DNA from: Yuukianura sp. NJ FZ-2021 | Lineage: Eukaryota | DNA length: 64,000 bases | NCBI GenBank assembly: GCA_046563655.1 | Contig: JAJCTO010000011.1 | Coordinates: forward strand, 124,001-188,000 | Direction of reading: 5' to 3' | Part shown: positions 1 to 13,564 of the stretch, piece by piece | Position numbering within the stretch: the first letter of the stretch is position 1 | How the letters are laid out: every line of letters begins with the position of its first letter | Program-made: the position numbers and the translations under genes | The notes under the pieces: generated by a model | What the model was told of the DNA's origin: nothing | The model's input: only the letters and a program-made list of their open reading frames with translations | The model's database searches: none

Positions 1-3000
1 AGTGGGTTCCTGTAGCACTTTTTATGAGGATTTCAAAAATGTAATTTACTTTCTGTTCATTCTCACATTTGCATGTTCACTCCCACAAATTTAGGTCGTT
101 TTGTGTCAAAATGGTGCTCGACATTGCCCTGGGTGCCGTATTCCAACCCAAGATAAAATCCGAGGTTGAGCGTTTCATTCAGACTTTTAAGTACGCTCTA
201 ACCAGATTTAATTGCGATCTATCCACGCCAATTAAACTTGGGTTCCTGTAGTACTTTTCAGGAGGATTTCAGAAAAGTTACTCATTTTCACCCGGCATCG
301 CTCCGCGTGGAGGTTTTTCGATTGATTTGTTTTGAAACAAATTTTCATAAAAAAAGGGTCACGAGATGAGGGACGACACAGCAACTGAACGTGGGTTCCT
401 GTACCACTTTTTATGAGGATTTCAAAAATATAGTTGGCTTTTACCCAGCATCGTTCCGGAATGCATTTCTTTTGAATTTTTTTGTTTTGAAACATGAATT
501 TTCATAAATAAAGGTAACAAGATGATAGACGACACAGCAAGTGAAAGTGGGTTCCTGTAGCACTTTTTATGAGGATTTCAAAAATATAGTTGGCTTTTAC
601 CCAGCATCGTTCCGGAATGCATTTCTTTTGAATTTTTTTGTTTTGAAACATGAATTTTCATAAATAAAGGTAACAAGATGATAGACGACACAGCAAGTGA
701 AAGTGGGTTCCTGTAGCACTTTTTATGAGGATTTCAAAAATGTAATTTACTTTCTGTTCATTCTCACATTTGCTTGTTCACTCTCACAAATTTAAGTCGT
801 TTTGTGTCAAAATGGTGCTCGACATTGCCCTGGGTGCCGTATTCCAACCCGAGATAAAATCCAAGGTTGAGCGGTTCATTCAGACTTTTAAGTACGCTCT
901 AACCAGATTTAATTGCGATCTATCCACGCCAATTAAACTTGGGTTCCTGTAGTACTTTTCAGGAGGATTTCAGAAAAGTTACTCATTTTCGCCCGGCATC
1001 GCTCCGCGTGGAGGTTTTTCGATTGATTTGTTTTGAAACAAATTTTCATAAAAAAAGGGTCACGAGATGAGGGACGACACAGCAAATGAACGTGAGTTCC
1101 TATAGCACTTTTCATGAGGATTCCAAAAATATAGTTGACTTTTACCCAGCATTGTTCCGGAATGCATTTCTTTTGAATTCTTTGTTTTGAAACATGGATT
1201 TTCATAAATAAAGGTAACAAGATGATTTACGACACAGCAAGTGAAAGTGGGTTTCTGTAGCACTTTTTATGAGGATTTCAAAAATGTAATTTACTTTCTG
1301 TTCATTGTCACATTTGCATGTTCATTCTCACAAATTTAAGTCGTTTTGTGTCAAAATGGTGCTCGACATTGCCCTGGGTGCCGTATTCCAACCCGAGATA
1401 AAATCCAAGGTTGAGCGGTTCATTCAGACTTTTAAGTACGCTCTAACCAGATTTAATTGCGATCTATCCACGCCAATTAAACTTGGGTTCCTGTAGTACT
1501 TTTCAGGAGGATTTCAGAAAAGTTACTCATTTTCGCCCGGCATCGCTCCGCGTGGAGGTTTTTCGATTGATTTGTTTTGAAACAAATTTTCATAAAAAAA
1601 GGGTCACGAGATGAGGGACGACACAGCAAATGAACGTGAGTTCCTATAGCACTTTTCATGAGGATTCCAAAAATATAGTTGACTTTTACCCAGCATTGTT
1701 CCGGAATGCATTTCTTTTGAATTCTTTGTTTTGAAACATGGATTTTCATAAATAAAGGTAACAAGATGATTTACGACACAGCAAGTGAAAGTGGGTTTCT
1801 GTAGCACTTTTTATGAGGATTTCAAAAATGTAATTTACTTTCTGTTCATTGTCACATTTGCATGTTCATTCTCACAAATTTAAGTCGTTTTGCGTCAAAA
1901 TGGTGCTCGACATTGCCCTGGGTGGCGTATAGCAACCCAAGATAAAATCCGAGGCAGAGCGGTTCATTCAGACTTTTAAGTACGCTCTAACCAGATTTAA
2001 TTGCAATCTATCCACGCCAATTAAACTTGGGTTCCTGTAGTACTTTTCAGGAGGATTTCAGAAAAGTTACTCATTTTCACCCGGCATCGCTCCGCGTGGA
2101 GGTTTTTCGAATGATTTGTTTTGAAACAAATTTTCATAAAAAAAGGGTCACGAGATGAGGGACGACACAGCAACTGAACGTGGGTTCCTGTACCACTTTT
2201 TATGAGGATTTCAAAAATATAGTTGGCTTTTACCCAGCATCGTTCCGGAATGCATTTCTTTTGAATTTTTTTGTTTTGAAACATGAATTTTCATAAATAA
2301 AGGTAACAAGATGATAGACGACACAGCAAGTGAAAGTGGGTTCCTGTAGCACTTTTTATGAGGATTTCAAAAATATAGTTGGCTTTTACCCAGCATCGTT
2401 CCGGAATGCATTTCTTTTGAATTTTTTTGTTTTGAAACATGAATTTTCATAAATAAAGGTAACAAGATGATAGACGACACAGCAAGTGAAAGTGGGTTCC
2501 TGTAGCACTTTTTATGAGGATTTCAAAAATGTAATTTACTTTCTGTTCATTCTCACATTTGCTTGTTCACTCTCACAAATTTAAGTCGTTTTGTGTCAAA
2601 ATGGTGCTCGACATTGCCCTGGGTGCCGTATTCCAACCCGAGATAAAATCCAAGGTTGAGCGGTTCATTCAGACTTTTAAGTACGCTCTAACCAGATTTA
2701 ATTGCGATCTATCCACGCCAATTAAACTTGGGTTCCTGTAGTACTTTTCAGGAGGATTTCAGAAAAGTTACTCATTTTCGCCCGGCATCGCTCCGCGTGG
2801 AGGTTTTTCGATTGATTTGTTTTGAAACAAATTTTCATAAAAAAAGGGTCACGAGATGAGGGACGACACAGCAAATGAACGTGAGTTCCTATAGCACTTT
2901 TCATGAGGATTCCAAAAATATAGTTGACTTTTACCCAGCATTGTTCCGGAATGCATTTCTTTTGAATTCTTTGTTTTGAAACATGGATTTTCATAAATAA

Positions 3001-4760
3001 AGGTAACAAGATGATTTACGACACAGCAAGTGAAAGTGGGTTTCTGTAGCACTTTTTATGAGGATTTCAAAAATGTAATTTACTTTCTGTTCATTGTCAC
3101 ATTTGCATGTTCATTCTCACAAATTTAAGTCGTTTTGTGTCAAAATGGTGCTCGACATTGCCCTGGGTGCCGTATTCCAACCCGAGATAAAATCCAAGGT
3201 TGAGCGGTTCATTCAGACTTTTAAGTACGCTCTAACCAGATTTAATTGCGATCTATCCACGCCAATTAAACTTGGGTTCCTGTAGTACTTTTCAGGAGGA
3301 TTTCAGAAAAGTTACTCATTTTCGCCCGGCATCGCTCCGCGTGGAGGTTTTTCGATTGATTTGTTTTGAAACAAATTTTCATAAAAAAAGGGTCACGAGA
3401 TGAGGGACGACACAGCAAATGAACGTGAGTTCCTATAGCACTTTTCATGAGGATTCCAAAAATATAGTTGACTTTTACCCAGCATTGTTCCGGAATGCAT
3501 TTCTTTTGAATTCTTTGTTTTGAAACATGGATTTTCATAAATAAAGGTAACAAGATGATTTACGACACAGCAAGTGAAAGTGGGTTTCTGTAGCACTTTT
3601 TATGAGGATTTCAAAAATGTAATTTACTTTCTGTTCATTGTCACATTTGCATGTTCATTCTCACAAATTTAAGTCGTTTTGCGTCAAAATGGTGCTCGAC
3701 ATTGCCCTGGGTGGCGTATAGCAACCCAAGATAAAATCCGAGGCAGAGCGGTTCATTCAGACTTTTAAGTACGCTCTAACCAGATTTAATTGCAATCTAT
3801 CCACGCCAATTAAACTTGGGTTCCTGTAGTACTTTTCAGGAGGATTTCAGAAAAGTTACTCATTTTCACCCGGCATCGCTTCCGCGTGGAGGTTTTTCGA
3901 TTGATTTGTTTTGAAACAAATTTTCATAAAAAAAGGGTCACGAGATGAGGGACGACACAGCAACTGAACGTGGGTTCCTGTAGCACTTTTTATGAGGATT
4001 CCAAAAATATAGTTGACTTTTACCTAAGCATCGTTCCGGAATGCATTTCTTTTGAATTCTTTGTTTTGAAACATGGATTTTCATAAATAAAGGTAACAAG
4101 ATGATGGACGACACAGCAAGTGAAAGTGGGTTCCTGTAGCACTTTTTATGAGGATTTCAAAAGTATAGTTGACTTTTACCCAGCATCGTTCCGGAATGCA
4201 TTTCTTTTGAATTCTTTGTTTTGAAACATGGATTTTCATAAATAAAGGTAACAAGATGATGGACGACACAGCAAGTGAAAGTGGGTTCCTGTAGCACTTT
4301 TTATGAGGATTTCAAAAATGTAATTTACTTTCTGTTCATTCTCACATTTGCATGTTCAGTCTCACAAATTTAAGTCGTTTTGTATCAAAATGGTGCTCGA
4401 CATTGCCCTGGGTGCCGTATTCCAACCCGAGATAAAATCCGAAGTTGAGCGTTTCATTCAGACTTTTAAGTACGCTCTAACCAGATTTAATTGCAATCTA
4501 TCCACGCCAATTAAACTTGGGTTCCTGTAGTACTTTTCAGGAGGATTTCAGAAAAGTTACTCATTTTCACCCGGCATCGCTCCGCGTGGAGGTTTTTTTG
4601 AATGGTTTGTTTCGACACAAATTTTCATAAATAAAGGGTCACGAGATGAGGGACGACACAGCAACTGAACGTGGGTACCTGTAGTACTTTTCAGGAGGAT
4701 TTCAGAAAAGTTACTCATTTTCACCCGGCATCGCTCCGCGTGGAGGTTTTTCGATTGATT
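1..4760. repeat. Satellite DNA with higher-order structure (monomers of 153, 155/156 and 236 bp; 544- and 701-bp units; 1789-bp super-repeat)
   Basis: The anchor gggttcctgtag or a variant recurs at 4, 240, 393, 549, 705, 941, 1094, 1249 and 1485. Near-identical ORF translations recur at offsets of 544 and 1789. The array runs off the window start. Confidence 0.95.
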
Positions 4761-4788
4761 GATTCGATTCGATTGATTGATTGAAAAG

Positions 4789-4931
4789 ACTTGATCTAGT
4801 ACCCTGTCGGAGAAAACTACAAAATTTTAGTTCTGTCTATGTAAATATGGAGGTGGGATGTTTGGGTTAATTTTTTTCAAGGCTAGAACTAAAATTGTGT
4901 AATTTTTCTCCGACAGGGTACTAGATCAAGT
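4789..4931. mobile_element. Short palindromic MITE-like element
   Basis: acttgatctagtaccctgtcggagaaaa... is inverted to ...ttttctccgacagggtactagatcaagt. Arms are ~45 bp around a short spacer. No clear TSD. Confidence 0.6.
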
Positions 4932-4942
4932 TGTTTCCTAAA

Positions 4943-5852
4943 GGACAGTTTCGATCTCTGGGCCAAAACTGAATGCAAAAGCATTGATTTGCATTGGGCC
5001 ATGTGTAAATTAAAAATTTTGTATTTCTAAATTGCGCAATTACCACCTTCTGGGTTTTGAGTTGCACAAATTCCATTTTTCAGGTTTTTACATTGCACAT
5101 ATTCCACTTTTCGGGTTTTTACATTGCACCATGTACCACATTTCGGGTTGTTATATTGCACAAGTACCACTTTTAGGTTTTTTAAGCTGCACACTTAAAC
5201 TTTTGGTTGACGGACTGAACAATTCGCAGGTTTCCAGTTTTGGACATTGCACAATTTCAAATTTTTGAATTTGTGCACTGCAAACTTTAAACCTTTTCTA
5301 TTTTTAACACGAATCGTCCCTCCTTTTCGGTTATCGGCATGATGCACCTGCATACTTTTGCGTTTTTATATTGTATAAAGTGCAATGTTTTTAGTTTCTG
5401 ATGTTGCACAATTTCAAATTATTTAGTTTTAAGAGATGCACAATTGACCGGTTTTCAGTTTTTATGCTGCACAGATTCCACATTTCGGTTTTTCTCCTGC
5501 ACAAATAACACTTTTTGGTCTTTCTCCTGCACAAATTCCACTTTTCGGTTTTGCGTGCTGTACAATTCCAAACTTTGGCGACTTCAGTTTGTTATTTCAA
5601 CATAAAATATACAAAGCAACAAACGTTGACTAGGCATTTCTTAAGATTTTTAGCGAAAGTGCAACTTTTGCGGTGAAAGTGCCAAGAGGCAATGGCCAAA
5701 TTCATATACAAGGACTCCTGGCCACATCACGAAATTTCGGCCCTTACTTGCTAAGGCCATGGTTGATCTACTGTGAAATTTTTGTGATGTGGCCAGTAGT
5801 CCTTCCCCAGATTCGTGGGGGCCCAATTTACCCGCAATAATCGAAAACGTCC
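4943..5852 (-). mobile_element. Non-autonomous Spy-like (PHIS) DNA transposon with an internal ~30-bp minisatellite
   Basis: Termini are ggacagtttcgat / atcgaaaacgtcc, flanked by AAA (4940-42) and TTT (5853-55). Region 5593-5852 is a diverged reverse complement of ~13093-13360. Satellite sequence (ttttcataaaaaaagggtcacgag) resumes immediately after 5852. Confidence 0.75.
5030..5570. repeat. Degenerate ~30-bp tandem repeat (tgcacaaattccacttttcggtttt-like)
   Basis: The tgcaca...ttcca...tttt motif recurs about every 30 bp. Confidence 0.75.
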
Positions 5853-6885
5853 TTTTCATAAAAAAAGGGTCACGAGATGAGGGACGACACAGCAACTGAT
5901 ATATTTTGATATATTTTGGTTCATTGTACGACCTTCCTACGCTGATCCAGACCATTTTCCATTTGATGAGTTACAGCCGCATTTTGACCCCCCGTTTCCA
6001 GGGTGTTCGCACACCTTAAGTATTAAAAATTTTGAAAAAGCCAAAAAAAAAAATTTTTTTTGTTTGAAAAGTCGCGTTCTTGAATTGAAGCAGTATAGAA
6101 CGATAGACCATTGACGTTTCTTGAATCCATTTAATAAATCCAGATTAGCCTTGCGGATCAGAAATCCTTGTTTTCGTTTACACTTCTTGAGCACAAAATC
6201 TCGTGTATGGAATTTAGTATAAAAATTTCAGATCTCTTGACAATTTCAAATCTGTCTGCTTAAAATTAAACACCAGACGCTTCCCGTTACCACAATTTGA
6301 ACAAAAATAGCACAAAAATACTCTTAAGAGAGACTCAAAATTGTCCATAATTTCCTCTTAATTATTATCTGATATGCCACAATTCATAGCAACAAGCCAC
6401 TAACTTATATTACTTACTGACTGTTACAAATTACGCCACATTTCCCGTATTCCCAATTTGAAAACAACGGGAACTACTGCTTAAGCTTGTGACGTTTAAC
6501 ATTAACAAGTCCACTTACTAAGGTCGTTTGAGCTAACTTAGAATAAATTATCGATCATACCCTTATTGGAAGTGTCCTAGTAAGCTTCTGTTCTCAAAAC
6601 AGTATTAGTACAAGACTAGATTTGTAATTAAGAAGTCACGCGTCGACACTTCGAAGTGTGCTCGTGAGACTGCGCACAACATCTAAACAATTTAAAGCAC
6701 TACGATTGTCCCTGCCCACGAGTCACAATTTGATGAATCACAACATTGGGACAAGTTGTCACACAACTGAAGGTAAAATTAACACAAGTTTGTAAGAGTA
6801 TTGTATCACATTGCTACAAAGTTCGTTTCTGGAATCCCAAGTCGGTGAGATTTCGCCTCTGCAGGTTCTCTAATTTCTTCTAATT

Positions 6886-9800
6886 TCAAAAACCATCGTC
6901 AATTATAATTTCGTCCAACCCTGGCTCTCCGCTTCCCGTTCCCGCATCCTTGCGCTGCTGAACACAGTGACGTACTGTCTGCAGAATCGTCTGCGTCCTC
7001 CTGTCCAAAGCAACGAGATGAGGTTCCAGTAAGATGGGATCCAAGGGGTCCTTGTTTAGTGATTTTCGCAGCGCCTCACTTAAGTGAACAGGTCCTGTGT
7101 GAAACCTGAAAACAATGAAATATAATATTTACCTTAGGTATTTAACTCCAGCTTAACTTGTTACTAAAATTTCATGACAATGATTGCAAACCTTAGCAGT
7201 TTGTCCAAAGTAGACTTCCTGATGATACAGCACTGATAGAGTGGGGCAAGAATAGACACTTCGTCATGTTTCGCTCGCCCAAATGCTCTTCCGTGATCCA
7301 AATGAATTAAAAAAGTGTCGTTTCCATACATTTTAAAAGTTTCGTAATGATGTCTGTCCATGTTTCCCATCAAAAAATCAAGAATAGCCATATCCTGTAA
7401 ATTGAAATTCAGATAATTGAAGGTCCAATTTTTAGCCCTTTGGATTTTTTCCGTCTCGGGAAATCATCTTGTTCGATTCCTTGTTACATTAAAGTCTATA
7501 TTCAATAAAAGTCTATCCTTCCTGTAAGAATTTGAATTACCACAATGTCAAGGAGTCTCCTGCCCCTGTCGTAAGGTGGAGTGGAGCGAATTATATCACA
7601 GTAGTCAGCATCCGCTTCCCACTGAGCCTTTCGTCGTTTGTGATATGATCGTCGCCAGGGATGCCTCCACACTTTCCTGGAAGCTGCCTCTGTAACACAT
7701 TCAAATTCAAACCATGAATACAGTGGAATTTGGTATACCTTAAATTGCTCAAGTCACCTTTTGGAGGAAGGAAAGCAGCCAATGACCCCTCTAGCATATC
7801 CGGCTTCCCGCAAATGGCGTGTGAAGTGTCGCAGTAGTAGGAACACTTTCCGTGGAAGCAAATGTTTCCTGCGGGCGACACAAAGAACGTATGGAGCAGT
7901 TGACCCTCCGCCAAGGGGTAAATTTCGGACGAAATATTCAGCAGACGACCAGAAACAGGGGGCGAACTAAACAAAAACCAACAAAAATTCTGCAATTACT
8001 GCGATATTCTAATTAGCTTGAAGTAAATCCAGTCTCTTAAGCACAAAGAGTTATTTTTTAAAGTTACCGATAGAAACCGAGGACTCGGTCCAAGTGGAAG
8101 GCTGCAATTTCGGCATTATGGCGCTCAAAGTCAGTGAAATAAAAGTGGTTTGGGAGCGTTTCCTGCTCTCGACCGAATCTGAAAACCAAAACAATGAAAT
8201 GTCATTGTTTCACGAAGATTCATAAGTCATTTTTCTGATTCGAGTGATCATTTATAAGGTTTGACCTCTGACCTCATGGGTTTGAACATGGCTTGTCCAC
8301 TGGACTCGTAGTCCATGATCAGCTTCAACTGTGTCCCACCCTCCTTCTGCTCCAAATGCACAATTTCCTCAGTGGCCATGGCATGTAGTAAATCCTCTAG
8401 AATCCCATCGCTCTCCTGGTACATGCTCTGCTTTCGAATGAGCAGTTGGAACTTTTCGAAGCTCGTCAGATTCGGCTTGGCGCTGTCAAAAGAAAAGTCT
8501 CTTTAGCATTTTTAGTGTGTCTCAAAATGCATACCATCGCCATCCATTAATCAACTGCTTCAATTCTAGGCACTAATACACTCATGGCAAGTGCGTCCAC
8601 ATTTCCATGAAGTTCGTTGTTGAATGAATGCAAACTCATGTTCGAGCACAATTCGTGCAGGTAAAAGACCCTGCATCAACAATTTTACTATGAATTTTTA
8701 GCAGAATGGTTAGTGTAAAAGACTGGAGTCTCTTGTTCGGACTTGACGAAAATTTCGGACGACACCGATAGACGGAAGGACAGGTAAACGCCGTAGGTTT
8801 GGAGTCAAGTCCATTCTTCATAAAAAAAATGCTACTTTGAAAAATGACAAAAACGACAAGTGTTTTTCGCAATTTCCGACATTGGAAATTTCGGTCATAA
8901 ATAATATTTCGTAAAAAGTGACCGAAACCGTTTGTTGGACATTTCAAATCCCGCAAATTTCAGTCGACCGAAATGACCGAAACTTAATTTAGCCGTAAAC
9001 TAGGCGTGGTAGACTCGAAAACTTTGGAGGCGTGGCCAAATACCGTACACAACGGGTACGCATACTTGAATATTTCGGTCAGATCGTTCAGAGCGAAAAT
9101 CCCAAAAAGTGACCGAAACTGGGAAAATTACTCTCTAACAATGGAAACACTCCTTACAGAAATGTCCCACAGTGTAACTTGTACCAGAAGTTGTCTTCCC
9201 TTTGTTTTGAAACCCTTGTTCCTGGAGCTCCAGAGCTCCTGAGTTACTGAACCGGTTTTCGGTTTTAATTAATTTCATTAGCGCAAACGCAGCTCATCTG
9301 TCTCCACTACTCCCAGAGAAAGATTCTTGTTAAAGTGAATTCACTGTGCCCATCCACCAAAATGGGAGACAAGCCTATACGCCTCCAGACCAAAAATCCA
9401 TCTTCTGATTTTTGGCCAACAACTGGGAAACGAAACTTTTCTAATCAAGCCACTGAAGAAAAAAAAAGGCAGAGGCGTCATAAATCCTCGTAGAAACGGG
9501 AAAAACTTTGCATGGAAAAAGAAGCCAAAGTTGGAGAAAGTCAAGATGACTCCCCAGCATTTCAAATTCCCACTTTCTCTCTTCACAGCGACTAGGAGCG
9601 GAAACTTTTAAATCAATTCATAATCAAAACGACTCTGCAGAAACCAGATGGTGGATGATTTATGTTTCCTCCAGGCACCTTAAAACAGAGATTCGTTTTT
9701 CCAAATCGGCGCCACTCCCGAAATGGCAAATAAAGTGGCACCCTAAATGGAACTTTTGCTTCAAGCATAAGTTTGTACAATCGAGTTGAGTGGATTGCTC

Positions 9801-10605
9801 AACTTGAAGTAAGGTTTGAAAGGCTTCCTCTGTCAAACATCAAACATGGATTAAGTAGAAACGTGCAGGAACACGGTGCCAATTTGGAGATTGGTTTTGA
9901 CCGAATTTTAAAAAAAGTGGGGCATAGTGAGTATTAGTATTTGTAATGAGCGCATTAGGGAATTAAACGGTTGCCTAGCAACAGCAGAGCAAACACTCAC
10001 TTGGTGTCAATCTGGAGCATGTCGCCAACACTTGGATTGTCCCTCTCAACCCCATCCAGAATCACGTAGCCTTTCCCTTTCGGATCCAACATGGCTTCCA
10101 AGTCTTCAAACACGTCCACCTTCTCCACCTCGTTCAATGTCAATCTAACAAAGATCATAATTTCTCAAAGTTAAGTTCGATTAATGAATTTTGTGAGTTA
10201 CAAGTTCTTGAAATCTTGTTTCAATTGAACTTACGGTTGACTGAAAATTTCAGAGAGGTTGTTGGGCGCAACATACTTGACTTTGTCCTGCTTCACGTCA
10301 ATTCCATCCGTTTCCCGCTCATTGCGCGTACCTTCAAGGCCCAATCTAGCTCCATTCGTCAATTTACTGTTTGCATACTGATTCTCTGCTGTGTCTCCTC
10401 CCGGTCCGTGTGCCACCGCATGCCCCACCTCCCCGCCAGCATCCGGAACGGCTACCGGTGTACTGTCTGTGGGAAGCGTGTCAAAATCCGACACTGGACT
10501 GAGCTGTCCATTCCGAATTCGGTAGTGGACGTCCAAGATGAGGAGAAGAGTGAGGCAAATGAGCGCACCCGACAGGGCCAGCCCCACGCGCTCTTTCCAC
10601 TTCAT
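6886..10605 (-). CDS. FAM20C: Fam20C-like Golgi secretory-pathway kinase (multi-exon)
   Basis: N-terminal signal anchor [24 protein letters not shown]. Exons encode [62 protein letters not shown] and [25 protein letters not shown] introns; stop at 6886-6888. Confidence 0.93.
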
Positions 10606-13564
10606 CTCCTACAGCCACTAGCACTCAGCATCCTGCAATCAATCACAAATTCAATCTTCTAACTCAATTAATCCCTAATTTCACTTCTCAACTTCTCCAT
10701 CGCTGAAGACTTTCTCCTTCAATTCATTCCTGCCACTCACTCTGTATAACAAAATCACATTATCCATTCCTTCCTCTTACTTCGACGCTTATTTCGCTCA
10801 ACACAACTTTTCCTTAATTTCACGTCAGTAAGACTTTTCGTTACGACAGAAGAAAAAATCTAGAATTTTAAAGGTGTGTTATCAAGCGCGCGATTTCAAT
10901 TTTGAAAAGACGTCAAGCGTCTGATTCTGATTGAACGCTAGAAATCGAGCTTTGGCAGGAAGCACAACAGATCCACTGGAATTGAAACTGCGACTCAAAT
11001 GTAAGCCATTGTGCCTGCCTCTCCAAATGACACGATCACTCTCCCGGATCCAATCTCCATCAACATTTCAAACTTTCCCGCTTTCTCTTCCACTCCTCCA
11101 AAAGACATTCCTGACAACTCAAATTATTTAGAAGACGAGGAGTGGTGACACGAACCCACTGTCCTTTTAGGAAGTTACACAAAAGACATGCGACTAATTC
11201 GCACTGAATTAGTAATGGACTCACAATTAGTCCACACGCAATCCAACCTGCTTTCTCCGGCCGTCGCCTTTTCTCCAAAAGTTTAACCTCTATCACCAAA
11301 GTCTCTAATGCCCTCAATTTCCTGATTCTAAACCCAAATCAACTCAGGCGACTGCGCAATGTTTAAGATTAGCAAATCTCACATCCGATTCAGGTTCAGC
11401 GCAAGCATCGACTTTGATGAAATTCAACGCGTGCGTCTGCACTCTACCCAAACCGAAATCACTTAATCCTCTTTCTTGTACAAAACTTAAAAAACTTTGA
11501 GGCTTTTGTACTATGAGTTCTCAAAGGACAAGAAAAGGGCGGCCTAATCCCTTAATTACGTGCTCTCTTGTTCAAAGGACGTTTTTCAATTTACTCTGTT
11601 CATCCAAGTGCTCTTCAAATTCACTTTCATGTGAACAAAGTTGCTGGAGCTGGAGGAGAAAGCACAATGTTACGCAGCAGTTCTTTGCTTTCCTCGAATC
11701 CAATTTCTCCGACAACCCAGGGTTTACAGGGAATTCTTCTACGCAAAATCAAGTGTTTCTCACCACCACTTATGAGCAGAATCAGATGGAATTAGCATTC
11801 ACCACAAATTAGTATAACTGTTGAATCTCAGTAGGAGACAGACACTGGACGAACTGACAGAAAAACTACTTGTGCTGAAAACATAAGATGTGAATTGAGG
11901 AGTGTAGAAGTGGGAGGAAGCCTCAAACACCTAAATACTAAGACTGAGATATTTTAAATATAAATGTAGTTTTGCCAAATGCAGCGGAGCCAAGAAACGG
12001 ATGATCCCAGTATCTGTATCCCACAGGACTAAAGATCACAGAACCCTATCAAAAGTATTGAGATGTCTCTGGAGAGTAGCAGCTATTTATGGCTTCACCC
12101 ACAAACACGATCTGCACAACCCAATTCAGCACTCCTAACACATTTAACACATTTCCAGTTTCTCATTTCAACTTTGTTCATGCCACAAACTCATCATTCA
12201 ACGAACCATATTTCAAACTTTAAAAATATATAATAAAAAATAGTAAAATATTAATAAATTAGTGACGAAAAAAAAACGGCAACAGTTCAGTTCACAGAAG
12301 AAAAAAAAAACGAATTACTCATAAGAAGATTTGGTGCCTCGAAGTTATAGCTAAATTGCCAAGTCTCCGACGCATCTTTCACTGTCCACGAAAATCCAAG
12401 GTGACGAAAAACGGATCATTGACAACTAAAAGGATTTTAAAAGAAGCTGACGTGTGGGTCGTTGGATGAAGGTTAGGCTGTGTTAAAGGATAACAGCAGA
12501 GGAAAGTTTCCAAGTGAGCAGTCAGCACAAAAATTGGTTGATTTGCAAAAATAAAATGTTGATGGGAATGAATTAGTTTAAAGGCGAATGAGTGCCATGG
12601 TCTCTGCGTTTCCAAATCCCGCAAAGCCCCGCGGATGAGCTAAGCATCCAACCAAATCCCAATTCTCCTTCCACTACTACCGTATTTCCTTCCTAATAAT
12701 GCGCACAGTATCCTAGAAGAGTTTACCAATTTTAGAAAAACAATGTTTCGCCTGAAAACCGAATTATTTTGTTAATCAATCATACGCATGAATTATTTGA
12801 AAACGTCATAAACTTCTCTAAACTGTTTTAATCTATTATCAATTCATCAAATCCGTCAAATAAATCAAAAATCTAAACCAAATTGAAGGCAGATTTCGCT
12901 TAATGAAATTCCATCATTTGCTAGCAGGAGATTTGGTTACCACATTCATTTGTCAATGCTTTCAGGTGGGGTGGGTCTAAAAATTCCGAAAATTGACAGT
13001 CGAGTGCTACGGAATTGGTTCAGAATTTTAAATCAAGTGAATTGCTAATGGTTTCACAAGCGAACGTAAGTTTAAAAAGAAAGTTTAATAAAGGACGCTT
13101 TCGATTATTGGCGCGAACTGGGCCCACAAAAATCTGGAGAAGGACTACTTACAACATAACAAAATTTTCACAGTAGATAAATGATAGGCTTAACGGTTAA
13201 GGGCCAAAATTTCGTGATGTTGTAACGAGTCCTTGCATTTGAAATTTCTCGAAAGGGACATTAGCTTTTGGCACTTTTTTCTTAAAAAGCTCGACTTTCT
13301 CTAAAAATCCTGAAATAATGCCGTGGCAACAATTGTCGCTTTGTATGTTTATGTTGAAATAAATACGAACAATTATGAATTACTGTATTCAAATCAAAGG
13401 TTTCGTATTTTCGTTAATGCTACTCGGGATTTTCAATTTATTACTTTTGATTTGTTCATTTAAATTGGTTTAATAGTTTTTCATATTATTAATTACATTT
13501 CAGCTCTAGATTAGTTTTGTTCAGTAATCTAATTAGCTCACAGTTTTAACGTTAAAGTTTAAAG

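Noticed and set aside
232..4269. Repeated minus-strand 62-95 aa ORFs in the left satellite
   Set aside because: They are translations of satellite monomers with no domain signal. Only the plus-strand integrase-like fragment is retained.
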